From an uncultured bacterium (GTDB taxonomy: Bacteria; SAR324; NAC60-12), in the NCBI GenBank assembly GCA_965662235.1, contig CBFIGY010000031.1:1-37053 (forward strand): a DNA stretch of 37,053 nucleotides. The letters are read 5' to 3'. A program made the position numbers and the translations under genes. Position 1 is the stretch's first letter. Every line of letters starts with the position of its first letter. This document shows, piece by piece, positions 35,628 to 37,053 of the stretch. The notes beneath the pieces were generated by a model. That model saw nothing but the letters and a program-made list of their open reading frames with translations, searched no databases and had not been told where the DNA came from.

Positions 35628-37053
35628 TTAGCGCAACGAGGCGCGATTGAACAGGGGGAGGCGCTGGACGGATCCCGAGTCTGGTGCCGAGGTCAGGTCC
35701 TTACGGAGGCCTTCCACCTGCTTGCGGAAGAACTGGTCCTCTTCCACCTGCTGCTGGGCCTTCCGGAGGGCGTTGTGGACCGTGGAGTGATTTCGCCCGA
35801 TGTTCTCCCCAATCTCAGCCAGCGAGAGAGCGGTCAGTTCCTTGAGCAGCAGAATCACCGCTTGGCGCGCCCGCAGAACACGCCCTCCCCGCTGAGTTGA
35901 AAGCAGGTCGGCTTTGGTCACCTGGAACATTGTGCAGACCCGGTAGAGGATCGTCTCCGCCTCTTCAGACTTGGCCTTTTTGCTGGGCCGAATGGCATGG
36001 GAGGTTCCGGGGTTGATCCAGCTGGCAAGCGCCCGCTGCGCCATGGCCAGCGTGATGGGTTGCCGCAGCAACGAGGACTGAGCGGCCAGCCGGGTCAAGG
36101 CCCCATCAAGCCGTCCTAGGCTGTCGGAGATGTTGTGCGCCAGGTACTCCGCCACTTCACTGGGAAGCTCCACTCCACGCTGCAGCGCCTTGCGGGTCGC
36201 AATTCGCAGGCGGGCTTCTGCCGCCGGGAGGGTCAGGTCCACAACCAGTCCGGCTTCCAGCTTGAGGCGCAGGGACTCGCTGAGCCCTTCAATTTCTGCG
36301 GGCGCTTGGTTGCTTGCTAGGACCACCTGGGCGCCTTTGCGCTTGAGGGCCTGCAGCGTCTGCTCCAGCTCCACCTGTCCTTGCTTGGCGCCTTTGAGCA
36401 CCTGCAGGTCGTCCAGAATCAGCGCGTCGATTTCGCGGTAACGCTTCCGAAACTCTCCCATCTGCTGCTCTCGGACGCCCTGAACAAAATCACTGAGGAA
36501 TTCGTCTCCGCTCAGGTAGAGCACTTGGCTTTCGGGATTCCGAGCAAGAAGCCCATCGGCCACGCCCTGCAAAAGGTGCGTTTTGCCGGTGCCGCCACTG
36601 CCAAAGAAGATGAGGGGGTTGAAGGCCTCTCCGGGGGACGCCACAATGGATTCCGCAGCGCGGAAGGCCAGCTCGTTCTCCTCACAGACCACAAAGTCTC
36701 CAAGGGTAAAGGAGAAGGCCGGGCGCGCCGGAGCTTCAGGTTCGAGTTCCGGTACAGGAGGGGCTTCTGGTGCTGTCCAGTCCTCCAGATCGGGAAACTC
36801 GAATTCGGTTTGCGCCGAGTGCCGTTCAGGAACCTTGGGAGCCGGGCGAGCCGAGCGGAGGCAGTACTCGAAGGTCTTGTTGTGGAAGGGGCCTAGTTCG
36901 GGGAAGAACTCATTGAGGACGCTGGCCAGCAGAGACTCGTGGTTACTCCGCAGGTCGTAGCGGTAGACCTCGTGACTCAGACCTCCCAGAACAACGACTC
37001 CGGGAGTGATCTTGAGCAGCTCAAGGTCATCCAGCCAGTGACGAACAACGTCT
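35628..37053 (-). CDS. dnaA: DnaA-family protein, divergent paralogue (5'-truncated by the window edge)
   Basis: The frame is open from 37052 (DVVRHWLDDLELL..., domain I-like), through a Pro/Glu linker, then FTLGDFVV, FNPL, GSGGTGKTHLL, ILDDLQ and domain IV AEIG...RNHSTV. The ORF-track start at 36692 is internal. Confidence 0.85.
   Translation of the reverse strand, partial: DVVRHWLDDLELLKITPGVVVLGGLSHEVYRYDLRSNHESLLASVLNEFFPELGPFHNKTFEYCLRSARPAPKVPERHSAQTEFEFPDLEDWTAPEAPPVPELEPEAPARPAFSFTLGDFVVCEENELAFRAAESIVASPGEAFNPLIFFGSGGTGKTHLLQGVADGLLARNPESQVLYLSGDEFLSDFVQGVREQQMGEFRKRYREIDALILDDLQVLKGAKQGQVELEQTLQALKRKGAQVVLASNQAPAEIEGLSESLRLKLEAGLVVDLTLPAAEARLRIATRKALQRGVELPSEVAEYLAHNISDSLGRLDGALTRLAAQSSLLRQPITLAMAQRALASWINPGTSHAIRPSKKAKSEEAETILYRVCTMFQVTKADLLSTQRGGRVLRARQAVILLLKELTALSLAEIGENIGRNHSTVHNALRKAQQQVEEDQFFRKQVEGLRKDLTSAPDSGSVQRLPLFNRASLR

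Noticed and set aside
8309..35890. KOPS (GGGNAGGG) polarity as support for dif
   Set aside because: An informal scan found copies in both orientations and too few to be informative. The motif may also differ in this lineage.

Overview
A 37-kb, mostly GC-rich bacterial chromosomal window of housekeeping and metabolic genes. Gene content suggests a Gram-negative, deltaproteobacteria-like organism (SAR324-like is a guess, not demonstrable here). No rRNA, tRNA, CRISPR, transposase or phage genes were recognised. In order: 3' end of a P-II gene; a small 4-Cys protein; a CheY-like receiver; proA; threonine aldolase; an orphan xanthine-dehydrogenase-family Mo subunit; a fungal Str2-like cystathionine gamma-synthase; a MoeB-rhodanese; maf; a putative beta-barrel protein; ahcY; a BMP-type nucleoside ABC transporter; an aldo-keto reductase; lysR divergent from dabBA; a UPF0303 protein; a Ni/Co transporter; a receiver protein; type-2 ileS; an SDR; an endonuclease I homologue; a kappa-class GST; sucD; a membrane protein; dus; lysS; waaF; and a divergent dnaA paralogue. 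Main observations: (1) the two MoeB ORFs are one gene whose conserved active-site Cys codon is an in-frame UGA followed by a SECIS-like hairpin, i.e. a probable selenoprotein, apparently co-transcribed with the PLP enzyme and the Mo-hydroxylase subunit; (2) a dif-like XerCD site overlaps the ltaE start, with a second co-oriented dif-like site 293 bp away and extra XerD-like arms near 950, suggesting the replication terminus; (3) two apparent pseudo-enzymes, an endonuclease I lacking its catalytic residues and a DnaA lacking its Arg finger and sensor II; (4) an HxExK-type AhcY next to a nucleoside importer.
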